From Ruditapes philippinarum (lineage: Eukaryota), in assembly GCF_026571515.1 (NCBI RefSeq), contig NW_026854006.1:1-64000 (forward strand): a stretch of DNA of 64,000 nt, given 5' to 3'. The notes under the pieces are model-generated. The model had not been told where the DNA came from. It made no database searches and worked only from the letters and a program-made list of their open reading frames with translations. The position numbers and the translations under genes were made by a program. Positions 1 through 13,259 of this stretch are shown one piece after another (position 1 is the first letter of the stretch; every line of letters starts with the position of its first letter).

Positions 1-2700
1 AAAAACCTGTAGGAGATTTTTTCCATTAACCCTTTTACTATTATGATTATCAAAAAAATAACACTTTATCATTTTTTTTAACTTTACCCAAAATTCAGGG
101 AAGCCTTAAAACGTAAGGGATTTAACGGAAAATTACCTTTTATTTCCTTTTGCCCTTCGAAAGTTTTCAAAATCACCCAGATTTGTTTTGTTTTTTAAAA
201 CCCAAATTTACTATCTTCATTTAAAAAGGGCCCAAAAGGGAGCGCTCTTCCTTTGGGAAATGATCAAGTCAAGAAAGTTTTTCTGCGCTTTTTTTTCTAA
301 AAAAAGGGAAATACTCTTGGGGGGGGGGTCCCAGCCAAATTTGTCCCCCCCTGCCCAAATTTTGGAAAAAGGGCGTTTTCCCGTTCTTTCCCGGGAACCC
401 ACCATTGGGGAATTTTAATCTTATACATTTTTGTTATTTTTGAAGAAAATTTTCCCAAATAGATGGGGCCCCCAAATTTTGTCTAAAAAAACAAAAAAAC
501 TGCTGTATTAATTCCCAACCCTTCACTATTTTCCCCAAGGGTTTAAGTAATAAACCCTTTCTTTTCCCTTTCCCTCGGTACCCCTTCAGTAAAAATCGTA
601 ATTTTTTTTCATCGAAAAACCGCTCTGTACAAAGGGCTTTTTTTTTGAAAATTTTTTAAACTACCAGGGTTTTATATAGGCTTTTATCAAAAAAAACCTT
701 AAACACAGACCCTTTTAAAGACCCTTTTTTTTAAAGTATCCCAAAACTCTTCAAAACTGCTTTCCCTCCCGCCGGGTAAAAATCAAAAATCGTTCTCCCC
801 CGTGACAACCCCAGTGCAAACTTCCGTCTCCCTTTTTTCCGGGGTTTTAAACCCTAAATCGGGGATTTAGGCCCGGGTTTTCCTTTGGAACCCCTTTGAC
901 TTATAGTATCACCCCGGGTTAGTCCGACCCCATTTCCGGGGGGCCCGGGTCTTTATTAAAAATTCAGTTTTTGGGTATCCCTTTGAAATTCCTGGGGAAA
1001 AAAACCTTACTTACCTTTTAAAGATAACCACCGTCCCCAACTGAATTTGGGCCGTTTTAAAACTACGTTAAAATTAAAAATTTTACTATGCTTTTAAATA
1101 AAAATTTTTTTTAAAAAAAATTGGGGGCGTTATCCAAAAAAAAGTTCGGGACTTTCTTTTGGGGTTTTAAATTCACGGGGGCCCATTCAAGCCAGCCCGG
1201 TTTGATATTTTGAAAAAAGGATTCCTTTTTTAAAGCCTTATGCTCCCTTTTCACTTTTAATTTGAAAAAATCTACCTATTCAGAAGCAAAAATCAAAACG
1301 GCACCTTTTTTGGGGGTTGTTTCTTTTTGGGTTTATTGTTTCAATTTAATACAATTGGGAAAATTTCCGTTTTTCTGGGGGATAAAACTTTCTTCTACCT
1401 ATAAAAATACAAAACCTCAATTGGACATTCGGGTAAATTTCCCAAAAACTTTTTTCTTTTTGGCAAACTAAAACAAACCTTGGGGGACAGTTTTTTAAAA
1501 AACAACGGGAATTTCGGGGTAATTTTTTTTAGTCTTGTGGCCCCCTTGTTGCCATCAAAAAACTTCAACATTCTTGATTAAAAATTCTGTTTAAAAGGCC
1601 CCATGACCCCCTTTAAAAGTTTTTGTTAATATATGCAACGGTTCAAATCCCAAAGGGGGGGGGGGGGGAAAAAAAGGGGGTTGTTAATTTTTATCTTTTT
1701 ATGGGATAAAAAAAACCCAGTTTAAGTTCTATGGGTTAAAAATTATTCACATGAGGGTTTTTATGCCCTCCTTTAAATAAAAATTAAATAAAATTTAAAA
1801 TTCAGCAAATTTTTTGTTTTTGCGACATTAACGTTTTTCCAATTTGACCTGAAAAAAATTTTAAACTTTTCATTTATAGGGTGGGACATTTTAAAACTAC
1901 CCTAGGCTTCCCGGGATTTTCCATATGCAACCTTTAAGCGATTTACAACATAAGGGCTTCGTCAGCTTAAAAAGCCCTTTTTTTAAAAGGGATTCTTAAA
2001 TTTTTTTTCATATTCAGGTTTTGACTCACCTTTTTCGACTCCGTTTTCTCCCAAAATTTAAAAACAAAAACTTTAGCACTGTTAACATAAAGGTACTTAT
2101 TTAATTATTTGATATTTTTTCCCTGATTATTCCGGTGCCCCTTCTAGTGTCCTGTTTTTCGACAGGAAAAAAATTTCCTGGGGGAAAGTTTTGGGCCCTG
2201 TATATTGAAAGGATCAAAACCCTTCAATTTTTGGGTTTCCTTTTGTGGTGCATCCCCTTCTTACGATAAGGTTAAACCCTGGATTTCCTAAACTTTTTTT
2301 GGGCCCCTGTCGCTCTCGCCTTTCCTGTTACAGGGGTTTCTCCCTTATACATCCTCTTTTCTCTCACTTCACTAGCAAGCGGGGGGGTTTGGGATTTTTT
2401 AAACCTTCATTCCAAAATTCTTTGATCGGAAATTAAAATCATCTTCTGGCGATGCTGAACCCGTGCTGAAGAAACGTTTTTGCTGAAAATTCCCAAAAAA
2501 GGGAAAAAAACAATATAAATTATTTTCTTAATAAATTTGATTTCTTATACCTGTTTACTATTTTTAAAAAATTTGTATTTTGATATTGATATCACTCATT
2601 TTTTACGTATTAAAAAAAAAAGAAAAAATGGGTAATTTTCCCTTATTTTCTTTTAACTGCCTTTAAAAAAACCAGCCCCTCATAACAATCCGGGGCAGTA
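1..2700. other. Homopolymer-inflated, low-quality (probably unpolished) sequence
   Basis: Dense runs of 4-15 identical bases of all four nucleotides (e.g. G15 near 1654), fading at about 2650-2800 into normal sequence; ORFs here are F/K/P/G-rich junk. Confidence 0.8.
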
Positions 2701-3140
2701 CACAGACCAGTTGACCGTTATAAAATATCACACATTCCACGTGCCCGTACAGTTGAAATAAGACTATTATGGCTAGACGTTTCTACAATTTTGCTGATAA
2801 AAAATAGAAAAAAATTTAGCTGATAAATTGTAAATTAGCTAACGTACCACTTTTAATAATACTCGCCTAGGGTTTCTTCCATGTTTTTCAACTGACATAG
2901 CGAAGCCTTCAGCGTCCTCAAGCTTGCTCAAAACGTCCGGCATTGACCTTGAATTGCTCTTCGTTGCTTTTACGTCGAAACTTGACTTGTTGTCAGCGAA
3001 GAAAGAGGAAAGTCGCTGTTATTTTAAGAAACATGCCTCTCATTTCCTTTCAGCATTTGGCTGCTTATGCTGAGCCAACAAATCTGTGACCTTCCCTCCA
3101 CAAAAAACTCTCATCATTTCCCTCGACATGGTAAACATTT
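2300..3140 (-). pseudogene. Unidentified, possibly intron-containing coding remnant (possible DNA transposon gene)
   Basis: Minus strand reads MSREMMRVFCGGKVTDLLAQHK, then after a frameshift QRLSSFFADNKSSFDVKATKSNSRSMPDVLSKLEDAEGFAMSVEKHGRNPRRVLLKV followed by gtacgt. Further AG-flanked segments run into the corrupted region. An 11-bp hairpin lies at about 3296-3330. Family not recognised. Confidence 0.3.
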
Positions 3141-4013
3141 GAATTTTGTTAAAAGATAATGGCTGTTCTCTGTGAGATTACTCGATAGGAAACTGATTAC
3201 TAGTTACGCCCCTGTGGACTATATATACTCCGACACAGACATCAAAGCAAAAAACTGACCAATCCATTTTATTAACACGGTAAGGACAAGACAACAAATT
3301 ATCCGCTATACGTTGTAACGCGGATAATTTGAAAGTATCCACATAGTGTTTATCTTTCTAAGTTTAAAAATACGATGAACACGTGCTAACGACAAGTGTC
3401 ATCACATTTTATATATTTCGTCCTTTCTGTATGATTTGGTGGATTTTTACGAAGTTATCATTGTAATTGTTACAGGGACGTCCATGGTAAGTAGCATCTT
3501 TGAGGTGTGTGTTACCCTGTTTTAAAATTTAGCAACCCACCTACAAAACAAACATATGAAACATTTCCCATTCCCAGAAATATCACTGACCTCAAGATGA
3601 AAATATACGGTTTTATCAAGTAAGGGCCTACCCCTTTTACAAAGGCCCTTATTTCAATTGCATTGTTTGATCCTGTACCAGTAGTGTCATAAATACGCTT
3701 TATACAGCGATGTACACTGAAGCCCGTACATGAAATTTTCTACCGTTACGGTTCAGTGATCAAACTTAGTTCAGTCAGATATTTACACGATTTTCAAGCG
3801 AACAAGGTGTAATGACATTATTTTTGGATCACTCCTCGTATAAATAGATAAACAAAAATTACTAATCCAGAATCACAGTAAAGGTATATGATACATAACT
3901 TTGCAAAGAAATAAATGTAACGTAAGTTTTGATATAGTAGGCTACATGCAACGGTATATAATTTGAAATGACAAAAACATGGATATTATGAAAATAACTC
4001 AACTGATGTTTAC

Positions 4014-4164
4014 CTATTCTCAAATCCGTGCGCTTTATTTGTGCCAATCGTTCTTGTGTTGTTTCTTTACGTTTTCGAATTTCCTCTCTCAGTTTATTTT
4101 GTTTTTCTTCTTCTTTGTCAATGGCCTCTTGTTTTTGCTGTCCCCCTTTTATAGCAGCGTCTTT
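4014..4164 (-). CDS. Gene B exon (KDAAIKGGQQKQEAIDKEEEKQNKLREEIRKRKETTQERLAQIKRTDLRI)
   Basis: Acceptor ttgatcatag, donor G|gtaaac, 151 nt, phase 0 to 1, charged coiled coil. Confidence 0.75.
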
Positions 4165-4704
4165 CTATGATCAATAAAAAAATTGAACGTTTATCTTAAG
4201 TTATGGATATCACATTTCTTTCCTTTTTTTTTAAACAAATGGCAAATCTATATTATGAATATACGGGGATCTTATTAGTAACGAATTCTGTAAAATAATA
4301 AGACTTAAGTGTTCCGATCTGATGTGTGGGTGTGTGCGTGTAAATGTACATAGAAACCAAATCCGACATTTCATTTTTGAATCACCATTCATCATTATGA
4401 CTGTTTGGGAAGTAGGATGCATTCATAAGTTCAAACTTTTGAGGGTTATTTTTCTGGTAATGAACTGCATTTTGATGCATTTAGGAATTATTTAAATATA
4501 TTTTAAAAAAGATTATAGCAAAACTTATACTTTACGTTATTTTTCAGATAAAGGATTGATTTTTGATAGAAGTAAAAGGAATGATCTAAGTAAATTTTAA
4601 AAAGATTTGTTCAAAGCTTAAACACTTATTATTGTATTATAGAAGTGAATTTGGATTCTAAATAAATTCAGATACTACTGAAAGGTAAAACTCTCAACCT
4701 GTAA

Positions 4705-5420
4705 AAATATGAAAATGTGTATATGGACCATTTAGATATTATTCATTGAGGGAATGAAACACAAATGGTCACTATCATAACAACTGGAATGAAACGCGTA
4801 GTTTAGGTTCATATTTACACGGTCAAGGTCACTAAAATGATAGTCAAAGTCATTAAAGATGATAAAATATAAAGATTTTGTCCAAATAATATCTCCTACA
4901 CATATGGAGGGATTCTAATAGAACTTCACACAAATGTTCAACACTATAAGAACCAGAGTCATGCGCAGAAACTAGATATCCAGGTCAAAGGTCAAGGTCA
5001 CACTCGGAGGTCATTGAAAAAACGCTTGTCCGGAGCAAAACTTCTTCGTGCATAAAAGGATGTCAATATAACTTGGCACAGATGTTAACAATTGTGAGGC
5101 AAAGTGTCGCATGCAAAATATAGGTCCGTATGACCAATTTCAAGGTCACACATAGGGATGAAAATTCGAAAACTTATGAAAATGTGTATTCGGACCATAA
5201 ATTTCGTCATCATTTATTGAGGGATTAAAACACAAATGGTCATTATCATGACTACTGGTGTGAAACATGTAATTAAGGATAATATATGCAAGATCAAAGT
5301 CACAAATGATGATAAAATATAGAAATTTTGTCCAGAGCATATTTACTTCATAAAATTATTCACTACTATGTGAAGCAGTGTCACGTGCATGAACCACGTC
5401 TCTAGGTTAAAGGTTAAGGC
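4705..5420. repeat. AGGTCA-rich composite tandem repeat (Helentron/HINE-type satellite)
   Basis: About 4705-4890 is repeated at about 5175-5340; recurrent ggtcaaaggtcaaggtca motif; similar to arrays at 43.1 kb and 62 kb. Confidence 0.65.
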
Positions 5421-5437
5421 CCATGCTACCAAATATA

Positions 5438-5990
5438 CGAGGTATGATCAAAACGTTCTCGGTCCAATATTCTTCTAGCCACTACACTAACATTTACACA
5501 CCATACCCCGAAACCGATATCTTATTCAAAATTACTGTCCGAGTTACACGCGGTTTTTACACAAATTAAGTAACATAAAAGCCACTTTGATCAGAAGATG
5601 GTGTGTCATTTAGACCAAATAGAGAAAGTTTAAATCAGAGCCAGCCGTCATTAAGTACCTTCATGGAAACACTTGGGAAGGAATTCCCTTCTTATAGCAC
5701 AATGATAAAAATGGGCTGCTAAATCTAGGGGCAGGGAGAGCATTGGGTATGATGGGCGGCTTTGGCGGCCAAAAGAGGCCACCAACGATGAAACTGCCGA
5801 AGCTGTGCACGTTCTGGTCATGTGCGATAAAACAAAAGGCGTGACATGTGAAGCATTGCCAGGAAAGTAGGTATAAGCTTTGGTTATATCAGGCAATTCT
5901 GACAGATGTCTATGGCATGTCTAAGGTTTCCGCTAGATGGGTCCCCAGACAGTTGACTGACAACCGGAAACGGATCAGGCTTGACATTGA
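5438..5990 (+). mobile_element. Truncated mariner (Tc1/mariner) element, 5' part
   Basis: TA then cgaggtatgatcaaaa TIR; degenerate transposase motifs (SPSYST..KWAA, GRPKEATNDET, MSKVSARWVPRQLTD); same family as 37428-38328. Confidence 0.85.
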
Positions 5991-6036
5991 CTCACACATT
6001 GTATATAATAACATAACATAGTGTCACTGGACGTAC

Positions 6037-6128
6037 CCTAAGAGACTTTTCCGAGAATTAAGTGTATCATTACCAGTTGTAATGATCTCATTTAGGTTTC
6101 ATTAGAGCACCTTTACCCTGTCAGGAAC
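6037..6128 (-). pseudogene. Gene B degenerate or skipped exon candidate
   Basis: Acceptor tttatacag and donor G|gtacgt, but 92 nt with TAA TGA in the expected frame; only 39 nt from the preceding exon. Confidence 0.35.
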
Positions 6129-6167
6129 CTGTATAAATAAATGTTTAGATTATAAATATATAAGTAC

Positions 6168-6307
6168 CTTCAATTCTTGTCTGAGAAGAGTTAAAGGTAT
6201 TTTCGAAGCCTGTACTCCAGCACCTATTGAACCTAATTGCGATACCGTGGCTGGAACCGACATGTTCATTAAATCATTCCATGTCTTATCGTCTGCATCA
6301 CTTGGAA
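6168..6307 (-). CDS. Gene B exon (IPSDADDKTWNDLMNMSVPATVSQLGSIGAGVQASKIPLTLLRQELK)
   Basis: Acceptor tttcttag, donor AAG|gtactt, 140 nt, phase 1 to 0, matching the upstream exon. Confidence 0.75.
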
Positions 6308-8619
6308 CTAAGAAATAAAAACAATAAAATAATGAAAAACTAACCCGTTACAACATAAAGCATTTGTTCATTTTGGTTAATTAGTATAGATAAAATACTA
6401 AAAATGTGTATGCATTTAGATTAGGAAACGTTTTTTTTTCCAAAATATTAATAGTTTAGAAATCCATGATAAAGACATAAAATACATTTAGGCATACTTC
6501 TGAATTCTTCCAAAGCAGCAAATGGAAGCAGAATTAAGAAATAAGGAAGTTGTACATGAAAATAGCATTTGAATGATCCTGAATGTGCATACAAAAACGA
6601 AAGGCAAAACCATTGGAACGTTCAGGTATTTTCAATTCTAATGAATGTATGCATATAATTATTTAATTAACAAACAGAAGGAATACAAAAATTATAATCT
6701 AAATGTTAAATATCACTATTTTATCAGTGTGGATAGCATATAAAAGGTATGCTAGGAGCATAATACCACTCAGCTTTGCTGTATTCCAGTTTGTGTTTGC
6801 TGAGAAAAAGTCCAAAGCAAGCAAATGACAGATGAAAAAGCACCACAATCGCAAAATTTCCTAAAAAATGACTGGTCGAGAAGATTTCTATGAAGTTTCA
6901 TTTAATCCAGTCAGTGGATGCTGAGAACTTATCAAAAACAACGATGGAAACTGAGAAGGTATATATGTAGGAGGGGTTGCTTTGTTTAACATCACAAAAT
7001 ATGCACATAACCTTTTAGTGGTTCAACATTTTTATGGCGTTTCGGTGAATTCCATTAAGTGATTGCCGAGAAACCGGTCGGATTGCAATAACATCAGATT
7101 TTAGAGATTAAACAAAAACAAAACAAAAACATTAAAGCGATCAATGCTACTTATACGCACAGGTCCTCCCGGCAGTCGAGTAAAAAGACAAAGTTTCAAT
7201 CAATTCTAGTCATTAATTGACGAGAAAAATTGGGAAACATTTTGGAAACTTAAGACAAGCGTCCCCGCCACTGAACAAACATTTTGTATTCTTCTAATAT
7301 TTGTGTCCAACAAAGTGCCCAAGAATACTTCATTTTACCCAACGAATAGACGGTAGGCAGTCAATTATTGGTCTGTCACTAGAGCAAACCAATACACTCT
7401 CATCCGCTATGACGGATATTGTACCTAAAACGACTAAGTGGCCATATCTTTTGTTATAACTTTTATGATTAATAGAACATCGTGACCTCCAATTTATTCT
7501 ATTGTTTAGGAAATAAATATCTATTGTTGTAGAATAATGCACGGTTTGAGTTCAAAAGTGTAGGAATATAATCACAATGTTTGCAAGATTTTTCATTTAT
7601 CAGACTTCTAAATTACTCATTTATTATTATCAAGTTTGTGTGATAATATTACAGTAAATGGACCCCATTGGAAATGAGCTTTTGAGCTTGAGCTTAATGA
7701 GCAATCCTAGGGTAACATAAAACATACTTAGTAGTTTTATTATTATTTTTGGTGCATTTCTTTCTTGTGTTTTATTTATGCATGTTGATATATGTGACAA
7801 TATTATCAATGTTCATTTATTACATGCTTTTCGGTGGTTATAGAAATATATCAGTGAAATATAAAACTGATATTTTCATTGTTTGCAATAGTGAAAATAT
7901 CAATTATATATTTTTCACTGTTTTGAATTTAAACCCGGTACGTTGTTTCAGTGAAATACCAGCGTGTAAAGTGCTGGAAACCAATCTTATGACGTAACGC
8001 CGTAAATGACGTCACATTGTATTATAATTTGGCGCGCTTTTCACTTAGTATTTGGTTAAAATGTCTTTTTAAACGTTTCTTTGCGTGTAATAAAAAGAAA
8101 ATATGTTTAGTTTAGTGTAAGATTGAAATATATTTCACCTTGTAACACCAAAAATTCACATTTCACGAATGGCGCAGCCACTCGTCAATATACCTTTTTA
8201 TGCTCACCGATCAAGTACACTGAACTTAACAAATATCATCTATCCTGAAAAAAATCGATGCGATAGTCCTAAGTGATTAATTACAAAGCATTTAAAAGAA
8301 ATATTCTACAATAATGCACTCAGAATTGATATCTACATTGTATTTCCATTGTAACACTTGAATAAAAAGTCATAGTTGAAATATGTGTTTTGTGGTTAAA
8401 TTTGTTTTCGCTTCAGTTTCCAGTAGAAACATTCTTTAAAGGCTGTTCCAGCCGGCTGAAAAAACAAAACAAAACAAATATTGTCGTTCAGTTTACCGTT
8501 TTATAAACATTTTGTGAAAAACGAATTTTGGATACATTCTTTGTGTTTTTTGCATTTCACTTCATATTTTTCAAGCAAAGTACAGAAAATGTATAGTGAA
8601 ATCAATGTAAAATCTAACT

Positions 8620-10640
8620 TAGTTTCAGATGTGATTTTTTTCTACAGCTCAAAACTGTAATTTGATCAAGAATAAAAAAAGATAAAAAGAGTAAGGTAAG
8701 GAAACCAGCATGTTTAGACAAACCTTGGTTTGATCTTAGTTGTAGAAATGGTAGGAATGGATATTTTTTAGCAAAAATATGCATAAAGTAAACAGATCTT
8801 TAGAAAAATTATGCAGAGGAGAAGCAAAAAATATAAGACGGAAATAAACAAACAATTTAAAGAGTTTAATTCCTGATACCTGCATTGTAAAAAAAATTAA
8901 AGGTCTGAAAAACAGTCATCCCAACTCATAATGGAATCTTCTTAATAAGTACTCCAGTGAAAGAAAAACTGTGATCAATTAAATTTTATGCGAGGGTTTT
9001 TATGATCATTTTAAGGAACTAAATAATGTAGACTTTCATAATGATGAACATTTTAACACATTGATCAGATAAGCAGCTACAATGAAGACATAAATTTACC
9101 ATTTACAGTTAATACAATTCAGTCAGTTTTAAAGGGTTTAAAGAACAACAAATCTGCATTGCCAATGGATAATATCTTAAATGAATAAATTAAAATTTGC
9201 CTTGTTCAATGTTACCAATTGTTTGCAAACTATTTAATATTATTTTTGATTCAGGTTTCTTCCCTGAAATTTGGAGTAAAGGGTTAATTCTTCCTTTATA
9301 CAAGAATAAAGGTGATATAAATGATCCTGACAATTACAAGGGAATAATAAGCTGTTTTTGTTTTTGAGCTGTTTTAGAAAATTATTTACATCCGTTGTGA
9401 ATAGTCGCTTGAATAAATGTTTATAATCTGATAATATTCTTTGTGAAGAGCAGGCTGGGTTTAGAAAAAAATACAGTACAGTTGATCATATTTTTTTCAC
9501 TAAAATGTTGAATAGATTTGTACTTGGCTGACAAAAGTAAACTATTTTGTGCTTTTATTGATTCTGTAAATAGACTTGCTTTATGGAACAAGTTGTAAAG
9601 TTCAAATATAGATGGTAAATGTTTTAAGACAATACACAGTATGTATGAAAATATAAAGTCCTGTATTAGAGTCAGTGACCATTTTTCTGACTTTTTCGCA
9701 AGTCTGTCTGGCGTCCGACAAGGAGAAAATGTATCTTCAGTTTTATTCTCTTTGTTCTTTAATAACTTGAATTCGTTCCTGTCTCAGAGATTTGAAGGTT
9801 TAACTTTCCTGTTTAACAGTGTAAGTCATACTTTAAGCACAGATGATTTTGAAGTTTATCTTAAATTGTTATGTTGCTTTATGCTGACGATACGGTTATT
9901 TTAGCTGAAAGTCCTAATGAATTACAAAAAGCATTAAATGCAATGTCTGATTACTGTAATACTTGGGGTTCGAAGGTAAACACTGCCAAAACAAAAATTG
10001 TTGTGTTTTGTAAAAGTAAAAAAAGTAAAAGGGGGTTGAATAATATTAATCCTCTAGAGTTTGGGGGTAACATACTTGAAATCGTAGATTGTTTTGATTA
10101 TCTTAGGGTTCAATTTTCATTTAACGGAAAATATTAAGGCACAAAAAAAAAAACTGATTGATCAAGCTCGAAAAGCTATGTTTTCTGTGTTTACAAAGTC
10201 TCGGAAACTTGCTGTACCATTTGATATACAATTGAGTTTATTTAATGCAATGGTGGCTCCTATTATTTTATACGGATCAGAGGTCTGGGGGTATAAAATG
10301 TAGAGATAATTGATCGTTTCCAATTGAAATATATTAAATTAGTTTTCGGACTGAAGCAATCTACCCCGACATGTATGATTATAGCGAGTAAGAATTATTG
10401 CCTTCTGAACTATTGGGGCATATTGATTAATGATATAAAAGATAAAATTTGTTCTATGCTGTATTACATGTCAAAGAAACTATTTTAAATGCTTGAGAAA
10501 GACATATTTAGACAAGTCACATTTTCATAGACCTAACATTATTAAATTTTCAAAGTTAATGAATAGTGAAAGCAAAAATGTTTTACTCAATCTAGCAATA
10601 TTCTGTAAGACAATTATTTTTGTGCTTAACAATACATATT
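8620..10640 (+). mobile_element. Degenerate non-LTR retrotransposon ORF2 (RT; RTE-X/CR1-like)
   Basis: Motifs PLYKNKGDINDPDNYKGI, EEQAGFRKKYSTVDHIF, GVRQGENVSSVLFSLF, LLYADDTVILAES, VAPIILYGSEVWG across frameshifts. Confidence 0.9.
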
Positions 10641-10804
10641 GATATATATTTTTTTCATTTTGATCTCATTCTCCGATTCTAAATTGTTAAATTTTGAACA
10701 CGTACTTTTTATATTCAATTTTGTTTTTTGGTTTTATTATGTACATAATTATGTTCATAACATTGCTATGGTTTCATTTTAATTATGTATAATCACTTTA
10801 CTGT

Positions 10805-10900
10805 ACAGCGTTCATGACAATCTCCTACACAGTGATCTCCCCTTATCAGTATAATTCTGCCAAGAGAGGTAATCACTGTGAGGAGTTTGCGTTCATGATT
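10805..10900. repeat. Short foldback MITE-like element
   Basis: ctcctacacagtgatctcccctt pairs imperfectly with aagagaggtaatcactgtgaggag; a related half copy lies at about 18196-18226. Confidence 0.45.
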
Positions 10901-11150
10901 GAACTGAGTGTGTCGGTTTGAAAATACAGAGGGAAGAAATTAAATCGGCAAGTGCATTTGTTGTGAAATATATCACGCTTTCTGTCTTTTTTGTTTACAT
11001 AAGTTATATTAGAGAAATCACCGATAGTGTTAGAATACAAACTAATATATTCATTTTAAGCATTGTGTGCCCCCCTCCCCTGAAACCGAGTAGTCGTTCA
11101 ACTGCATGCATCACTGTTGGGTAGCATAAAATAACGATTTTGATCATTAC

Positions 11151-11377
11151 TTGCGCGAGCTAAAAGCTCATCTCTCTGTTCTTTCATTCTCTGTATTTCA
11201 TTTAATGTTCTACGTCTTTCTTCTTCCATTTCTCTTTGCTCTTTTTCATACTGCTGTTTCAATGACTTAGCTTCTTCCTTTTCGATTTTTAACTCTTCTG
11301 TTTGTTGTTCGACAGTTGCATTCCGTGTGTTAACATCCGATATATTCTGTTGTAACTTTCCTGTAAGCGCAACATAC
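11151..11377 (-). CDS. Gene B exon (long coiled coil YVALTGKLQQNISDVNTRN...KEQRDELLARA)
   Basis: Acceptor tttttttggtag, donor A|gtaatg, 227 nt, phase 2 to 1, fully open, E/K/Q/R-rich heptads. Confidence 0.85.
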
Positions 11378-13259
11378 CTACCAAAAAAATGAAAAATAAA
11401 TGTGTGCTTTGTTAGAAGTTATTTGCTAAATATATATACATATCTGATTATCTAGTAGAATTTTATATGCCTTTTTGTATGAATTCCAAAACTTATGTAA
11501 ATCAGTTGTTAAATAAAACAACGAAATGGACACATGAAAAAAGGCCGCGACTCAAATACTAGTCTCCGGTCTGCCAGTTTTCAAAAATAACATAAACATA
11601 TTGAAATCAAATTGTTCCAAATTGATTTATTTTCAAATCAATTGATTTTGTTTTCATTTAAACTGTGAATGTTTTGCATTTTAATAAATTTTCAATATCA
11701 TTTGAAGTTGGTTAAAACAGGTCTAATAATACAAGATTTTATATTTTAAAACACCGATACATTGATATATAATGCATAGTTTGCTATTACGGGCCTTTTA
11801 AGTCTTGATACATTGAGTCACTTGGACTGTTATTTAATTTTGATTTGCTATGCGGGAAAACTAAAATTTGAATTTCGACAGCAGACACGATTTAGACGTT
11901 GAGGAACTAGTAGTTAGTATGGAAATAATTTGCTGTTTTTTCATTTTATTTGGATAAATTGTTAAAAAAGAAGTACTTATTTTATGATCGAAGTTTTTAT
12001 TATTGAAATAATTCCTTAGTTAGTTTAGAAGCATGGAAACCAATAGTTGAAGCTCATTTTTATATGAATATATCTTAGGTAATAGCTGTCCCTTCGTAAA
12101 ACACAATGTTTTTATTTCGCATTGCAACGATGCACGGACTGAAAGAGGGAACATTTATCAAGCAACAAATCATAATAATATATTTACATTTGTGTCTATT
12201 TTAAACAATGCCTCTCTATAGATTCAAGATTCAAATAACTTTATTTGTGTTCTAACGCCTCCGCCCCAAAATGCATAGTATACATACAACAAGGTTGAAA
12301 TATGGTTGCGTCACCTAAACAATGATTATAAATGTGAACAAAGACTAGTTGTTTATATTATCCATTAAAACATATACATAAAACAAAAGCTTCATTTATG
12401 TGGTTTATATCACGTGTACTTATTAATACATAAAAATCATGTAGTTTTTTTTCCGCCAAAATACCAATTGTCATGAATAAATAATTATCACGGACGTGCT
12501 TGTATTATTTACATACATGTATAAAGAAAACATGGAACTCACAATCATTACCGTTGACAAATTCTGGTACGAATATTTAATTTTGTCTCAGCCTCCTGTT
12601 TAACATCTTAGGTTAACTTAACCTTGAGGACATAACATTTTCGCTAAATATTTTTCTATTTATTTATTTTTGTATTTTTGTATTCACATGTATAAAAATG
12701 AACGATGAGAGATGGCAAAAATAAAATATTTATTTTGAAATTTCAAATGTGTTCTTGTTTTCCTTCATTAAACTATTCTGCCAATAACAGAACAAACATG
12801 TAAAAACACCTGTTTCTTCCTTTCCTACACACTGGAAACTTGCTAATGTAAGTCCTTTTTTTTAAAAAAGTCTGATCTAACACGTCCCGAAAATTACCGC
12901 CCTATCTCATTGTTAAGCTGTATCGGAAAATTGATGGAAAGATGTGTTCATAAGTATCTATCAATAATAGTTTGCTCACTCCTCATCAATCAGGTTTTTG
13001 TAAGAGGTGACTCAACAGTTATTCAATTAGTTTACCTATACAATGATATTTGCCAAGCTCTCGATCAGAGTAAAGAGGTAAGGGCTGTATTTTGTGACAT
13101 CTCATAGGCTTTTGATCGAGTATGGCATCAAGGTCTTCTCTACAAACTATCTTCATTGGGTGTAAACGGGTCGCTTCTTCGATGGTTCTCCTCCTATGTG
13201 TCTTCCAGGCGACAAAGAGTCCAGTACTCAGCATGGGTTTCTACCCTCAAGGTTCAATT

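Noticed and set aside
188-2436. ORFs in the first 2.4 kb
   Set aside because: Products of homopolymer-inflated sequence.
8330-8455. Candidate gene B exon (acceptor ttttttcag near 8456)
   Set aside because: Stop within seven codons in the required phase; the exon at 6307 fits instead.
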